Assembly (NCBI GenBank): GCA_013265495.1
Contig: MU057521.1
Location: forward strand, 124,001-188,000
Direction of reading: 5' to 3'
From: Vicugna vicugna
Lineage: Eukaryota
Length of the DNA: 64,000 nt
In this document: piece after piece, positions 1 through 14,100 of the stretch
How the letters are laid out: the number at the start of each line of letters is the position of its first letter
Numbering within the stretch: position 1 is the first letter of the stretch
Notes under the pieces: model-generated
Database searches by the model: none
What the model saw: only the letters and a program-made list of their open reading frames with translations
Told to the model about the DNA's origin: nothing
Position numbers and translations under genes: made by a program

Positions 1-123
1 GAACTCTAAGGCCCCTAGAGTGGAACTTAAACTGAGTTCTGGCCTCTCTCCTCTATTGCGATAGCCTTAAATAAAGTCTTCCTTATCTGTTAACTTTGTC
101 CAGTGCAGTTTTTTGCTTTGACA
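1..123 (+). mobile_element. 3' end of ERV1-type LTR (MER34-like), cut by the window edge
   Basis: AATAAA then ...gctttgACA terminus; similar to 57321-57425. Confidence 0.7.
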
Positions 124-1164
124 ATATACAGCTCACTTCAGGACTGGAAGGGAAGCTTTAGTTCTCATTCTCATGGAGGCAATTTAAGTCACTGTTAGAA
201 GTTATTTATAAAGTACTTCACATTGAGAGCTTTCCAACAAAAAAGAAAAGAAAAATCAGATTGAAGGTGTACTTTCTAGACTAAATCTCAAAGATTTTGC
301 AAAAATCCATAAGTCTCTGTAGTTTCAGTTGCTCATGTATGCAAATAGCTTTACAGTTATTTAACATTTTTTTGTAGTTTCCTTGTTGGCTGCTTTTGGC
401 TCTGATTATCATTCTATCCTGTCCACTCCTTTCAAAGCCTACAATCTATTGTTGCCACACCTCATAGTATTTATCTTTGGTGTGTATTTTGTTTTTATAA
501 AATGCTTTTAGCTAAGTAAATGCATTTCTTTTTCTTTTATTGGAAGACTTACATTGTTTTGTCAAAACGTTTTCTCATGGTAACACTGATACGCCCTAGC
601 TCTTTGAATTCCTTTAAGATATTAAAGTTGGCTATTTACTAATCGTAAAGAGCCTAGTTTTGTTAGGAATATGCCTGTATTTAAGAAAAATGGGTTTTTG
701 AAGTCATAGAAGAGAAGAAACTTAATGCTATTTATTTTATCTACGATTTTTATCTTTATCTTACATTTGTTAGGAGGAACAAATATAAGACTGACAAACT
801 AGAATCACAGGAAAACAACACAATGTGAATGTTTCTAGGACATCATTAATTGAATGCCAGACTAGTGTTTAAGGAATGTTACTGCTAATTCTCAAGTCTT
901 TTATAGTTTTCTCATAATTTTGTCAATTATTTCTTAATGACATATCATTAAAGTAATGTAGAAAACAGAGGAACAGATGTCATACTAGTTAAATTTGTTA
1001 GGGCCCCTTTGTTTTTATCAAACTCACATTGTCCTTGAAAATTTATAATGTGCTGAGCACTATGCGATCGGGACACAGGAAGGAGATGTTAAAAACAGAT
1101 TAGAAAAAGAGCTGCACAGTTTTGTTCAAAAAATGCCTTCTACTGCAAAACTTAAACACTGATT

Positions 1165-3300
1165 TATTTATTATCTCATTTAACAGATATTTATTAAGTC
1201 TCGTAAGCAGTCCAGAAACCGATGCAAACTGATAGATAACTGATAAACGATTGCACTGTAACAGAAGTGACTGCTTGCTTGTCTAAATGCTGAACTATGT
1301 TAGCATACAATAACAAGGAATTGCATAGGAAGGGAACTTAATTCATCTTGGATGGCTATGGAAAGTTCCAAACAATGAAAATGTATAATTTATAGCCTGA
1401 AGGATGAGTACCAACTAGCTAAGCAAAGGGAAGAGGTTGCAAACTAAAGGGATTACATTTTAAATGGTCCAGATCAGAGAACATGATTTTAGCTTGAAAT
1501 TGAGTTAAACAGATTCTCCTCAAACATAGACTGTGAAGTTTGGGGAAAGAATAGTGCTAAATCGGGTGGCATAGACAAAATCAGAAAGGGTTTTATATAC
1601 CATACTAAATCGTTTGAGCTTTATCTTGAGTACCATAGAGAACCACTGAAGGATTTTAGGCAGGATAATTTTAAAGTCATATTAATGCTTAAGACGTGGC
1701 CGTGAATACAGTGTCTCTGTCAAGAATGGAGTCTAGGGAACATGTTAGGAGGCTATGTGAGAGTTGAGGATGGCTCAACCAAGATAGTAGAGATCCAATT
1801 AAGAGAAGGATAAAAATACAGAAATACTGAAGAGGATAAGTCAAAAAGATCTAATTGATTTATGGGAGATGTTGGAGAAAAGGGGGAGTAAGCGTTGACA
1901 CATTTTTCATTCGGGAAGGTGACACAGTGATGTCATTCACAGGAATAGGAGAAAGAGTAGGAAGGATAGAAAATGAGTCCAGGTTTAAATATGTTAATTT
2001 AGACTATTAATTTTTTTGATGAGTTTGAAGCTCAGCAACTTGAACTAGAAATGTAACTTTGAAATCAGGAGCATGGAAAGTCCAGCGAGAATTGGAGGAA
2101 GTCAGTGGTTGAACCCTAAATAAACAAACATAGAAGAAGGAACAGGAGCCTGCGAGGGTGGAGACAGTGTGACCATCTCTAAAAGGTAGGAAGAAAATCA
2201 ATATAGTCTGATATTATAAAAAGCAAGTTAAGGAAGTATTTAAGGAGGGATGGAGTGGTCAACAGGATTAGATTTTGGAGATAAGATGGGAAAGAAAAAA
2301 ACTTTCAATACTGTTTAATTGAAATAAGTTGATTAAAAGTGGAGAAAACAGAGGTAGAATGATCTGCAAGTCAAGAAGCCTGATTCTTAAGAGGAAGAAA
2401 GAAATTGTGATAAAAAGAGTGTCATGTGGGTTAAAAAATAGAGGACTTTTTGAGGTTGGAAACGCTCTGAGTTTCTCTGAGGACCAGTGACTTCTATATT
2501 AGTCTGTTAGGGCTCCTATAGCACATTGCCATAGACTGAGTAGCCTGAACAACAGGAACTGATTTTTCTCTCAGTTGTAGAGGCTGGAAGTCTTGAGGTT
2601 AAGGTGTCAGTCAGACTGATTTCTTCTGAGGCCTTTTTGGCTTTGTAGATGACTGCCTTTCTCTGGGTCTTTACATAGTCTGTCTCTGTGTATTTCTATG
2701 TCCTACTCTCCTTTTTCAGATTAGGTCCAGATTAGGACCCATCCGGATAACCCCATTTAACTTAATTAGTTATTTAAAGACCCTCATTTCCAAATACAGA
2801 CACATTCTAAGGTACTTGCGGTTAAGACTTTAACATATGGGTTTTGTGGGGACACAACTCAACCCACAACACACTGTGGGAGCTCTATTTCCAGTAAAGG
2901 GGGAGACATTGAAGTCAGAGGAGAAGGAAGGGATCTCAAGGGGCAATAAGGTCTCTAAGGGGATGAGGTAGAACACGATGCAGATGAGGATCAGCCGCAG
3001 AAGATGGATGTTGCTTTAGATAATAGGGGTTAAAAACTGGATGGGTGCCGATGCACTTGAGTTTATAGAGAAATTGGAGTCTGATGCCTTTTATCTTTGC
3101 AGGGAGAAGAAGTATGGTAGCTGTTGGGCTGAAGTTTTGAGGAGGATTTGCTGAGTGAGAGAAAGGCCAGAAAACAGTAAATCCGGAAGTTGAGAATATT
3201 AAGAAGAGAGGAACTTAATGAACCACGGGGCCTGTGCTGGCTACGGAAGGGACCAAAGATGGGAAGGAGTTAATGGAAAGGTATTAAAACAGGTGTGCAG
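1165..3300. mobile_element. Degraded LINE-2 remnants interrupted by a MaLR LTR
   Basis: cattta/acagatatttatt L2-tail pattern followed by long purine-rich decayed sequence; boundaries approximate. Confidence 0.5.
2495..2871 (-). mobile_element. MaLR solo LTR (MLT1-like)
   Basis: Typical ends tatattagtctgttagggct... and ...ggggacacaactcaacccacaaca; internal gaggctggaagtc. Confidence 0.75.
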
Positions 3301-6300
3301 GCCTTACAGATCCCAGGATTTAGTATTGATTGATTTGAAAAATAAAACCTGAGATCTTGCTTCTTCTAACTTTTATTATTAACTAAATCTATCAGTGTTT
3401 TCTCTTCTCCAAACATCATTAAACTCCCTGTATAAGAAAGTTGCTTGTTCTTTCATAGAGGTTAATACAATCACCCAGTACATCCTTTTAAACCAGGTAT
3501 GGTTTATTTGCAGTATAAACCATATTTATTCAATATCTTACGATGTTTTGAAAGATGCTGCCCTTGGGTTTCAGAATATGATACTTATCTTGAAGGAATA
3601 GAACCGAGGGTTAAAATGTTCATGACTAATAATAAGGACTGTTTTTTTGCTGACGATGAACAGATTGCAGAGTGCACCCCACCCAGAAGTGGAGGGCAGA
3701 AGAATAATTTTTGGAGAGATGTCTGGAAAAGAAGACAATGGCATGGATGGGATAGGGGAGTAAATCTCATCTACAAGGGCATGGAAGTAAATGAGAACTA
3801 AAGAGAGTGACCGCAATGTGGCTGAGTTATACATGTTTATTTTAAGTGTGCTTCATGTGGTTCCAGATGTTTATCAGCTCCCTATGTTGTAAGCCAGTAC
3901 TGCCCAATTATTAAAGTCTCTTAAAATTCACACCTTTAAAGCAAGAAAAGTAACAGGTGAATTTATTAAATATTTAAGTGTCAATTAATGTGTTCTTTGA
4001 AAAAAATTTTTAATTTTCCAAAAGTACAGCAAGTGTGTCATGTGTTACAAAAAAATCACACTGATAAGTCATCATTTCTGCCACCTTCACTGCTTGCTCA
4101 TCCCTGCTATTGCTCAATGTAAATTCACAAAACTCTGTCATGAAATGGGGATCGTCCCTCAGCTTACTGATTTCACAGCTCCGCCCCTTGCTCCAGCTAT
4201 CCCATAATGGCGAAGAAGAAATGTTATTTTGATGATTTTAAAACGGAATTAAATAAACTGACATGCATATGCTCATTCCAGAGTCTTTCTGTCTCAAAGA
4301 CCTTCACTCTGACGTTTTCCACCTCCTTGCAGATTCCTTTCTCTGCCACCTTCCTTCAGCCTTCCCTCGATTTAAGGATGCTGCAGGTTTGACTGCTGAG
4401 ATGAATGTCAGTGAGTCTGAGCCTCAAAGTTAAGTAACTTTTGAGGACAAGTGTCAATTTTAAAAAGTGGGTTTGAGATTTGTGTTCAGATTGTCTGAAC
4501 CCATCCACATTTGCACCATAGTGACCGATGTGGGCAGAGGGGAAATTTGCCTCGAGACAGATGGAGGAAGCCAGGTGAAATTCATCTCAATAAAAACAGG
4601 ATCACGTAGGGATCCTCCTCACAGCTTACTGGAAAGGAAGAGCATCTTACTATCAGAGATTCAGTTCTGAGGCTGAAATAATTTTTTTTTTCATTTGAGA
4701 GAGTCTTAATTGAACACATATTATGTCCTGGGAATATGCTAAAGGCCAGAAATAACAAAATAAAGCAAGCACCTTTCTTAACCCTGAGGAGATCACGTTC
4801 TGTTTGGAGACATTACTTGGTTTGTACTTACAGGTTTCATGACTCGATTATATGGTTGCAGTAGTTCAGATCTCTTGGGAGAAGAGGGTAGGGTGTAAGT
4901 AACTCCAGGAGAAATAAGGAATCTTCATAAATATGGTAACATTAGAAAAGATTCTGAAGCATAAATTGGTAAGATATGAAAAAAGTATGCCAGGCAGAAG
5001 GAATAATATGAAGGTAATACAGGGAAATATTTAACTATTTAAACATAATTTACACCTGCTCTGAATAGATAAGTTTTTTCTATGATTTTTTTTCAGAAAT
5101 AAATAATTAATCATTATGTGTGTGGCCATCTAGGATTAAAAAAAAAAGTCCTTTAGGTAATTCAGTTTTGAGGAATTAAACATAGCAGGAAGGGAGCGGA
5201 CACTACACTAGACTGGTGGAAATTAATCTAAAGTAAAATCAAGTTGATGAGTTTTCTGCTAGAATAAATTACTGTTTTATCATATGTATATATAGACTAT
5301 TATCCCATATATGGAAATCTCTCTCCTAATTATAAAGAAAAAAGGTCCCTAAATCATTTACAGCACAATCCCTTAAATCAAATTTATTACAATTATTTTT
5401 GCAAGTTTCATAACTAAACTTGACTGGCAAAAAAAAAGAAAGGCATAGTCAGTCTAGAGCGGTAAGTGGCGTGGGAAGATAGATCCAACGCGACTGAGAA
5501 TCAAGAGTCAGTCAGTGTAAACGTACATTTTACCACTTCGCTGACTAGAGTCGTTTCTGGTTTGTAGTAGCAGCAAAGACTCCTACATGTTTTATGTTTT
5601 TTACTTCAAGATTTTGAAAAATCAGAATGAGAGGTACCCTTTTTTGGCTGCTCTCTAGCTTGTCAGGAGGAAAATAACCTCCACTTTGAATAAAATCCAA
5701 AATAGTTTGTCTTCTGAAGCATTAATTGCTGCTTTCTGTGAAAGTGAGAATTTGCGCAGGAAGTTTGTCAACAGAATAGTATCAGAATTGGAAATATCTC
5801 CAATGTGTGGCTGCAAATGATGAGACAGAAGAATGGTAGCAAGATGAGGAATGGCAAGAACAAAAACAAAAAACACATTTTTGGTTGCAAAGGAACAGTC
5901 ATAGTAATAATCATGGTAGTAAATTGGACACAGTTTCATAATCAGAGCTCTCAGATGCTGAGAGCTCCAATATGGAATGAAAGAAACAGAAAGACAAATT
6001 CACCTTAAATTTTTAGAAGGATAATGGCATATAGTCCTTAACAAATTAAAAAAGAGAATCCACTAATTCACATTGTAATAACTATTTCCTTTAATCTATT
6101 TCTGAGAACAGCGTATTTCCCTTATTAATTTCTTTTCTTTTCTCTGTCATACATCCTATAAACTGAAGACACTTCTCCATTTAATTATCCCATCACAGAC
6201 TCCACCTCAGTTTTATTTAGTGTCATTCACAGTCATCAGGAAAATGTTCCATCACAACTTTTAATATCATATCTGAGTTTAATCCTGACTCTCATGAATC

Positions 6301-6329
6301 AGCTTGTTCAGGATAATGTATATTATATT

Positions 6330-7620
6330 AACATCTTCAATTTTAACCTATATGAGTACACGGTTCCTTCAAGTGGGTGTACCACCTTATACTTCTAACA
6401 GAAGTGTGTGGAAATTCCCTTTTCTTTTTATTCTTGCCAACATTTGACATTGCCAGACATTTCTGCCAACTTAATTAGAGTGCAATATTTTATCATCTAT
6501 TGGTTTTAATTCCCCCTTTGCCTAATCATTAATGAGAATGAGTAATTCTTCAATTTTATTGGTCATTAGAGTTTTGTTCTATGGCTTATCTTTTAATACT
6601 TTCATGCATTTTAATTAGCTAACTTTTTCTTTTGTACTTAATTCTGTATAGTTATATGTATATTGTGTAAAAGATCTGACTTAAAAAATATTTCTGTATG
6701 AATGACTGTTCAGCATCGTATTGTTAAACAGTTCATCCCTTCTCCACGGATATCCTGTGTCACTTCAATGGTGTAACAGTTTCCGCATATGTCTAGGTCT
6801 GTTTCTTGGCTCCCTTTTCTGTTCCAGTGGTTTGTGTATCCCTGAAAGAGGAAGGCACTTCTGTAGCGATAGCTTTATAATAACTATATCTGTTAGGGTA
6901 AATCCCTGTGCCTTTTTCTTCTTTCACATTGTCTTGGCCATATTTGGTCTTTTGTTCTTCCTTACTCATTTTAGAGTTGGCTGGTCAAGTTGAGACTTTG
7001 ATGGTAATTGGAATGAATTTGTAGAAAAATTTGAGAAGACTAGCCATCATTATGAGACTGGATTATCTTATGAATGAGGTGAATAATCCTATTTAGATCT
7101 TCCCTTATGACTATCAATAAGTTTTATTTTACCTTTTCTAGAGTGATTCCATCATGTCATTAGATTTCTTCTTAGGTGGCGTATAATTTTGTTGCTATTG
7201 TAACTGTCTTTTTTTTTTTTTTTTGGTGGGGGCAGATAGTCAGGCTTATTGATTTGTTTCTTAATGGAGGTACTGGAGATTGAACCCGGGAGCTCCTGCA
7301 TGCTAGGCACGCAGTCTACCACCGAGCTATACCCTCTCCTGCAACTGTCTTTTTAACACTTATATTTGTAATCATCATTTGTGGTATATAGGAACATAAC
7401 TGATTCCTGTAGATTGATTTTAAATCCAATAAGCCTGAACTCCATTAGCTTTAATAGTTTTTTATACGTTTGACTGGATTTTCCATATTGACAATAATAT
7501 TGTCCGTGAGTGGTGGAAGTTTCAATCTTCATAACTTATTTATTTTGTTTTACTATGTGCTATAGGACCTGAAGAAAATTTTGAACAGAAACAGTAATAC
7601 AATAAATCCTAGAAGTGTCC
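6330..7620 (-). mobile_element. Old L1 (ORF2-derived) fragment
   Basis: T-rich antisense L1-like text without an ORF; hosts a younger SINE. Confidence 0.6.
7213..7339 (-). mobile_element. tRNA-derived SINE (camelid Vic-1-like)
   Basis: Antisense A/B boxes (gagattgaacc, gagctatacc), poly-T tail, TSD tg(t/c)aactgtctttt at 7199 and 7340. Confidence 0.85.
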
Positions 7621-9594
7621 CTGAATCATTTTTTCTTTTCCTCTAAAGCCTGTTTTGTCTGATACTGTTTTAATGACACCAGCTTATTTGTAATGTTCTC
7701 CTCGAGTTTTTCTTATTCTTCCTTTTACTTGCAATCTTTGTTATTATTGTATTCTCATGCATTTTTCTCATTAATAACACATCTGGATTTTGTTTTTTAT
7801 CCAATTTGATTAACTGCTGTCTTTTTTTAAAAAGAGGTTTATTGTGATATATAACCGTAAATTTCATCCGTTTTAGGTAGATGGAAAATTATTTTTCCTA
7901 CCCTACAGACACATTATAATCAATAAATGTCCTTTGAATTAAAAAATGAATAAACACTAGGCGGTGGTTTGTAGGATTAGAAGAAAACATAATTACAGGG
8001 AATGAATTCAGTTAGGAAGCTTTTGAGATCTTGTTGGCAACTCAGAAGATGAATGAGGCAAAGACAGGGTTAAAAATTGACTCCCATAAGTGGAACCTTG
8101 ATGTCACATACACTGTATATGTCATAGTTCTAGTCATGTCTCTAACAGTTCATCCCTCCATAATACCTATTATTTAGTAATTAGGACTTTGACATAATTT
8201 AGAGGAAATGAGGGACTATATTTAGCATTTATCCCAAGGTTTAAGGACATAACATTTTATATTTTTTCTTTTATGATAAGAAATAAAATATTCTTAAATT
8301 CTTATGCTATAATAATACAAAATAGAAAGATGGTACTCTTCATGCTTTAGTTCCTTGAATAAAATTTATTTTTTGATCCTCACATCAGGAGGATCAAATT
8401 TATATATAATTATATATATGATATAATTTGCTGAGGTTGTTTAATTCACTTCAGTTAACACAAAATAGCCATCTACTAAGTTCTCAGTTTTGCACCAGAT
8501 CAGTATACACAAAGGTGAGATGGACACAATGCTAGTGACTTCCAGGAACCGATAATGTAGACAATGAAGTAGAATGTATATAAATAATCATTTTGCACGA
8601 TACATAATAAATACTCAAAGGTAAAAACCCAAAATAAGATTTAAAGTATTCTATGTAGATAGTAAAGGAACAGAAAATTATTTGATTTTATGTTATTGAG
8701 AAATACAAAAGGGAGTCCTGTTTGGATAAGTACGACTTCAAATAATAAAGGGAATTTTGGAATGGCATGCAAAACTGAGTTAACAGCAAAATAAGTAAAC
8801 TTAACCCTTAATTAACTCAATTAACTGTCACAGGAAATAAATATTTTTTGAACATACACTCAAGACCCTATCATCTTATATGTATATATAGATCACACAG
8901 GAGACTAAGTGAATGAGAATTAATAGATGAATAGGACTCCATCCTCATTCTCATTAAAAACTAGAGAGATGAAAGGTAAATGTACTATCCTCTGCTCTCT
9001 TCTGGCTAATCATGATCATCTCTGACAGGTTTAAAGCTTTCTAGTGTGTAAACAGGAATCAGGCTAATACCTCATTTTCAAATGGTGTTCAATTATGTGA
9101 CTCTCCATCTTTCATCTTTGCTTTTAATAGCATAGTAGTGTCCAGTGATTATAATGGGAGAGCATTTTTTCAGCTATTCAGATATCATATATGCAAGGAG
9201 CAAAAATTTTGCATGATACACCTTCCACAAAAGCCAATAGATAAATAATTCAGGGAATATTTATGAGTTTATTCATTTGTTTTATCTACAGATGAATTAA
9301 TGTGCAAATAAATATTCATGAGCTAATTTGTGTTATTAGTTTATTTTGTGATCTCCAGATGTTAATTTTTTCCCTCTTTGTATTCAGAATGATCATTTGA
9401 GATTCAAATGCAGACACTAGGCATAGTTGTCATACCTGTCTATCATTATAGAATGAATAATAAAGCTCCATAAGGAAAAAAAAAAGTTTAACTTATTGCT
9501 TCCTTTTAAATAAGGCAGTACCATTGGGAATCCCATTTTCTGCCTCAGAATAATTTGGTGTCTCCATCTATGATCATGGAGGCAACATTTTATA

Positions 9595-9850
9595 ATGAAA
9601 GAGTTTTAAAACTTTTTGGTCCCAGGATCCCTTTACATTCTTAAAAAATTATTGAAAACATCAAAGAAATTGTTTTATGTGGGTTAAACCGAATAATTTG
9701 GCTGTATTAGAAATATAAGTTAAAATTGATAAATTTAAAAATATTTATCAATATATTTAAAAGCAACAGTTATAAAACTATTCTATATGTTAACATAAAT
9801 AACATGTTTTTCATAAAAATAATTCTATTTTCCAAAACCAAAATAAAAAT
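9595..9850. mobile_element. hAT-Charlie-like DNA transposon remnant
   Basis: ttttggtcccaggatccctttacattcttaaaaaattattga resembles Charlie termini. Confidence 0.5.
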
Positions 9851-10069
9851 AGTACTAGCATTTACTTGTTAACACACTACAGACTTGCTTCTGTTACTAT
9901 TTCATTGCAACATTTTAGCAAATGCAACCAATATTCTCCATGCTGCCAAATCCAACAGTCACTTCTTGTCCTTATAGCCTTATATTATTGATTTTCTCTG
10001 CTGAATCTGAGACAAGTTAACTTTTTTTTTGCTTTAAATAAAAATTGTTCTTTAAAAATTTTCAAAATA

Positions 10070-11190
10070 AGATAAATAACCTGATAACTTTCCCCATACA
10101 TTTATCATTTCTGATATTCTTCATCCTTTGTGCAGAGCCAAGTTTTTAAAATACCTTTTTATCATTTTTATTTAACCTGAAGAATATTCATTAATGTATC
10201 TTGTGGTGCTGTCAACAAATTCACTTTTATTTGTGCTACAGAATTCTAGTTTTCAGTGTTGGTTTTCTTTCAGCATTTTAATGAAGTGTTTTCATTGCCT
10301 CTGACATTGTTTTTGATAAGTTCTTGCTTATTATTACATTTAGTCCCTTGTCGTAAATGCGTCCTTCTTTCTACCCTCTCTCTCTCTATTTTTTTTTAAA
10401 TAATTGCTTTTAGCAATTTCATATATCTCTTGCTGTGGTTTTCTTTATGTTTATTCACTTGGTACTTGAGCTTTCTGGCATCTGTGGGTTTATTTTTTTC
10501 ATTGAATTTGGAACTTTTTTTAGTCTTTATTTTTTCAAATATTTTCCTGCTGTTCCTTTCCTTCTAGAACTCCAGTTAGGGATGTATGAAGCTTCCCCCT
10601 TTTTTTTGCATGTCTCAATAGGTTCTGATCATATTTTTCCAGCATTTTTTAATCCCTATAACTTCAGTTTGATAGTTTCTATTGTCTTTTTTTTAAATTC
10701 TTTTCATTCATTTTCATATTTTCCCCCTATAATCTTTAATTTTCTATTAGGCCATTCCAGGGAGCTTTTTATCTCAGATATTTTATTTTCTCAACCCTAG
10801 AAGTTCTATTTAATTTCATTTTATTGTTTTCATTTCTCTTTTTACTATGTTCTTTTTTTAAAATAGTCCTCAAATACATTTGTTGGAGTAGATGTTTTTA
10901 AACTCCTTATCTGTTTATTCCATCTCTGTCATTTCTGATTCTGTTTCTAGTTACCGATTTTTTTTTCCTGGTTGTGGGTTACGTTTTTTTTCTGCTTCTC
11001 TGTGTATTTTGTGATTTTTATTGGAATCTGGACATTGTGAATTTTATGTTATTATGTACATAGATGTTATCCTTCAATGTGTTGTTTTGTTTTGGTAGGT
11101 AGGTAGCTCACTTGTGGGTCAGCTTTCTCTCTTCTAGTCTTATATTTTGAGTGCTGTTAGGTCTAGAGCAGCCTTTTTCTAGAACTACTA
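10070..11190 (-). mobile_element. Old L1 fragment
   Basis: Very T-rich antisense L1-like sequence; explains the Phe-rich ORF at 10435. Confidence 0.6.
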
Positions 11191-14100
11191 TTTTAAGAAA
11201 ATAAATTCTACTTTTTGTTCACTCCAATGGCAAAAATGTTACAATTATTAAAATATTATTACTGCATTAATTGCATAATTGTTAAGTTAACAATTATTAA
11301 CATTGCAGGAATTTATTAAAGTCGTATATTGTATGATATTCTACAATTACTTTTGGGATGATAGTGTTTTCATTTGCCTAATGGCCATTAACAAATTTTT
11401 TTTATATTTTGTTCGCAATTTTAATAGTTATCTTTAAGTCTGGTGATTTGGTTAGGCTGGGAGAGACTGATTAATTCCAGGTTATGTGACCTGATAGATC
11501 CTTCTACTCTGTAGTTCCTAAAATGATAAGAAAATCAGTTGGTTTAATTATCAACCATTCAACATAAATATATATATATTTTGGTTACTGAATTATGTTG
11601 TCTCATTATAACAACTATTTATAATAAACTGGATACTGCTTAGCTGTGTTCTGGTTTAACTTGAGGCTTGCCTTGATTTTTTATAGCTGCTGTCAGTCAA
11701 TTAGCACAGATGTTATAGATCAGGTTCAGGCCAGGTTATACTAAAACCTGTGAAATTCAACTTGGAATTATTTGTCCCTTTTAGTCCATATTCTGAAATC
11801 ATTCTTCACAATGTACTTTGAGAAAATGTGGGAACTTTTGAGAAAAGAATTACAAATTACATGTGTTAGCAAACAGAATGTAGAAATATGAATGGCAATT
11901 CAGATCCCTCATTGTAGAGAGCCCTTTGCTTACACATGCCTCAAATCACCCAGGCATTGAAATCATTAATTTTGAAAGCAAAGAATCAGTATTGCTTTAC
12001 ATATTAATATTTTATGTTGAAGTTAAAACAGATATTGCCTGAACACAATTTGAAGCATTGATAACATGACAGGCTGTATTTAGAAAGTCGCTAGATGGGA
12101 AAAACAGCATGCTATGTTGTTTTAACAAAACGAAGAGACTAAGGTCAGATGTGGGTTTTGGTTTGGGTTCAAATCTGTGCTGACAGTTGCTAGTTGTACT
12201 TTGTAGGGCAAACTCCCTAGATTTTCTGTAAAACAGTTTCTACACTATAGATATTTTTTAATATTATGTATCTGAGTAATGTGAATGGTGATTTACAAAA
12301 AACAGAACAAAACAAATAAAGCTCCTTTTTTCAACTTAAAGTGCAAGCTAATAAAAGAAAGATGTCTTGTAGTCTAGAGACAGAAACTACAAAGAACAAA
12401 ATAGGTTCAAGCATATTATATCATTGTGATCTTTTCTCTTTACAATATTGTATAAACAATGCATTTATTTGCAAGTGCTTATGGGAAAATTAAAGTGAAA
12501 TGAAAGATGAAAGAATCACATGACTATAAAGACCAGACTATATCGCAGACTATAAAGACTTCCACAAAGCATAAGCTGTTTTCTCTGCACTTTGTGTATT
12601 TAGAATATTGTGCTTCATGGTATTATTACAATAATTTCTCAAAGGTGAAAAGAAACTCTCCCAGAAGAGATCAGTGACTTATGAAAACAAATGAAGTCAA
12701 ACCTTACAAAGTAAACACATATCAGTATGTCTTCACGGTGTTGATAGAGTTACCGTATCTTTCTGTTCCGCAGTTTTAGTTATTTACTCTATCTTCAAAT
12801 TTGTCTTTCTGTTTGAACCCAGATAATCAGAAATTATGTAGAAAGAAAGGCTAATAAATATGACCTAGATGAAAGAGATGACAATTCTTTGGATTTTGCG
12901 GCGTGACTAAACACCGTACAGATGTGTAAAAAATTGAACGATACTGTGGGAGTATATAAGGAATTGAATAATATTTTTTAACTGTCTTTAAAATTTATAT
13001 AGCCTAAGAGCTAGAGTATCAACACAACTGAAGTTAAAAAATAATAAAATACTGGATAACAATTATAACAATCTTATATATTCAACAGCATATTAAAATT
13101 GCAAACATCCTTTTTTTATTATGGTCCAAATACCATTTTTTTCCAACTCTACTAGCTAATAATGGTTTAAGTGTGTGCTAAGAACATAATCATTTTGTGT
13201 TTCTCTTTCCTTAACTGAAAAAGATTTCTATATTAGTATCTGCACATGGCATAGATTGTTAATTTTTCCCGGTATCCATCTTCTCACTGTTTTTTTAGTA
13301 ACGGAAAACCTTCCCTCTCCCGCTGTCCTTCGCCCTACCTTATGCACAGTGTTAGCAAAGGAGATGTGCATTTAGAAGGTGACTTTGATTTTTACCTAGC
13401 CTCCCAGCAGCTCTTTACGGCCGGCTCAGCTACTTTTCATGCACAAAGCTAGCTCATAAGCGCTGTATCTGAATTTTAGACCAAGGAATGGGGGAAAAGG
13501 GAGATGAAAGAAATTAGGCTGTTTATTAAGGTGTGATCTAGAACTTACCCATATCCCATTGGCTAGAACTTAGTCCCATGTTATATGTGGACTTCGAATT
13601 CAAAGAAGAGGGAAGGCATTGAAAACAGATGAAATTGCATGAAATGTAACGCAAGGGAGCAAGAAAAAGTAGTTAATGGGGAGAGTGAGTGAACTACTTT
13701 TGAGCTGCAGAAGGTTTCTGTAGATGAGTGGTAGGAGATAAAGCAAGAAAAGGGTCAACTTAAGAACTTTATAACATAGTGGATGGGAAGTCATTAAAAG
13801 TCTTTGGTCAGAGCGGTGGCATTATCAAAATTATTCTTTTCTTCTTTGTTTCTGCTCTGTCAAGACTGTCAGAGAAAAGAATGACATAAAGGAATAATAG
13901 ATTGCTATAAGCACTTCAGGGGTATGAACTCTTTTGATACCACAAACCTGTGAGTAGGTGTTATCACAATGCCCACTTTATTGCTGGGGGAACCGAAGTA
14001 AAGGGAGATGTGAAACAAAACACAATAATAATGATACCCAATTCATAGCACTTCATGAGGATTCAACATATGAAAAATACTTAGCATGGTATAAAATATA

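Noticed and set aside
3499..3801. 100-aa ORF MVYLQYKPY...
   Set aside because: No recognisable family, and the 3' half looks like purine-rich L2-type decay.
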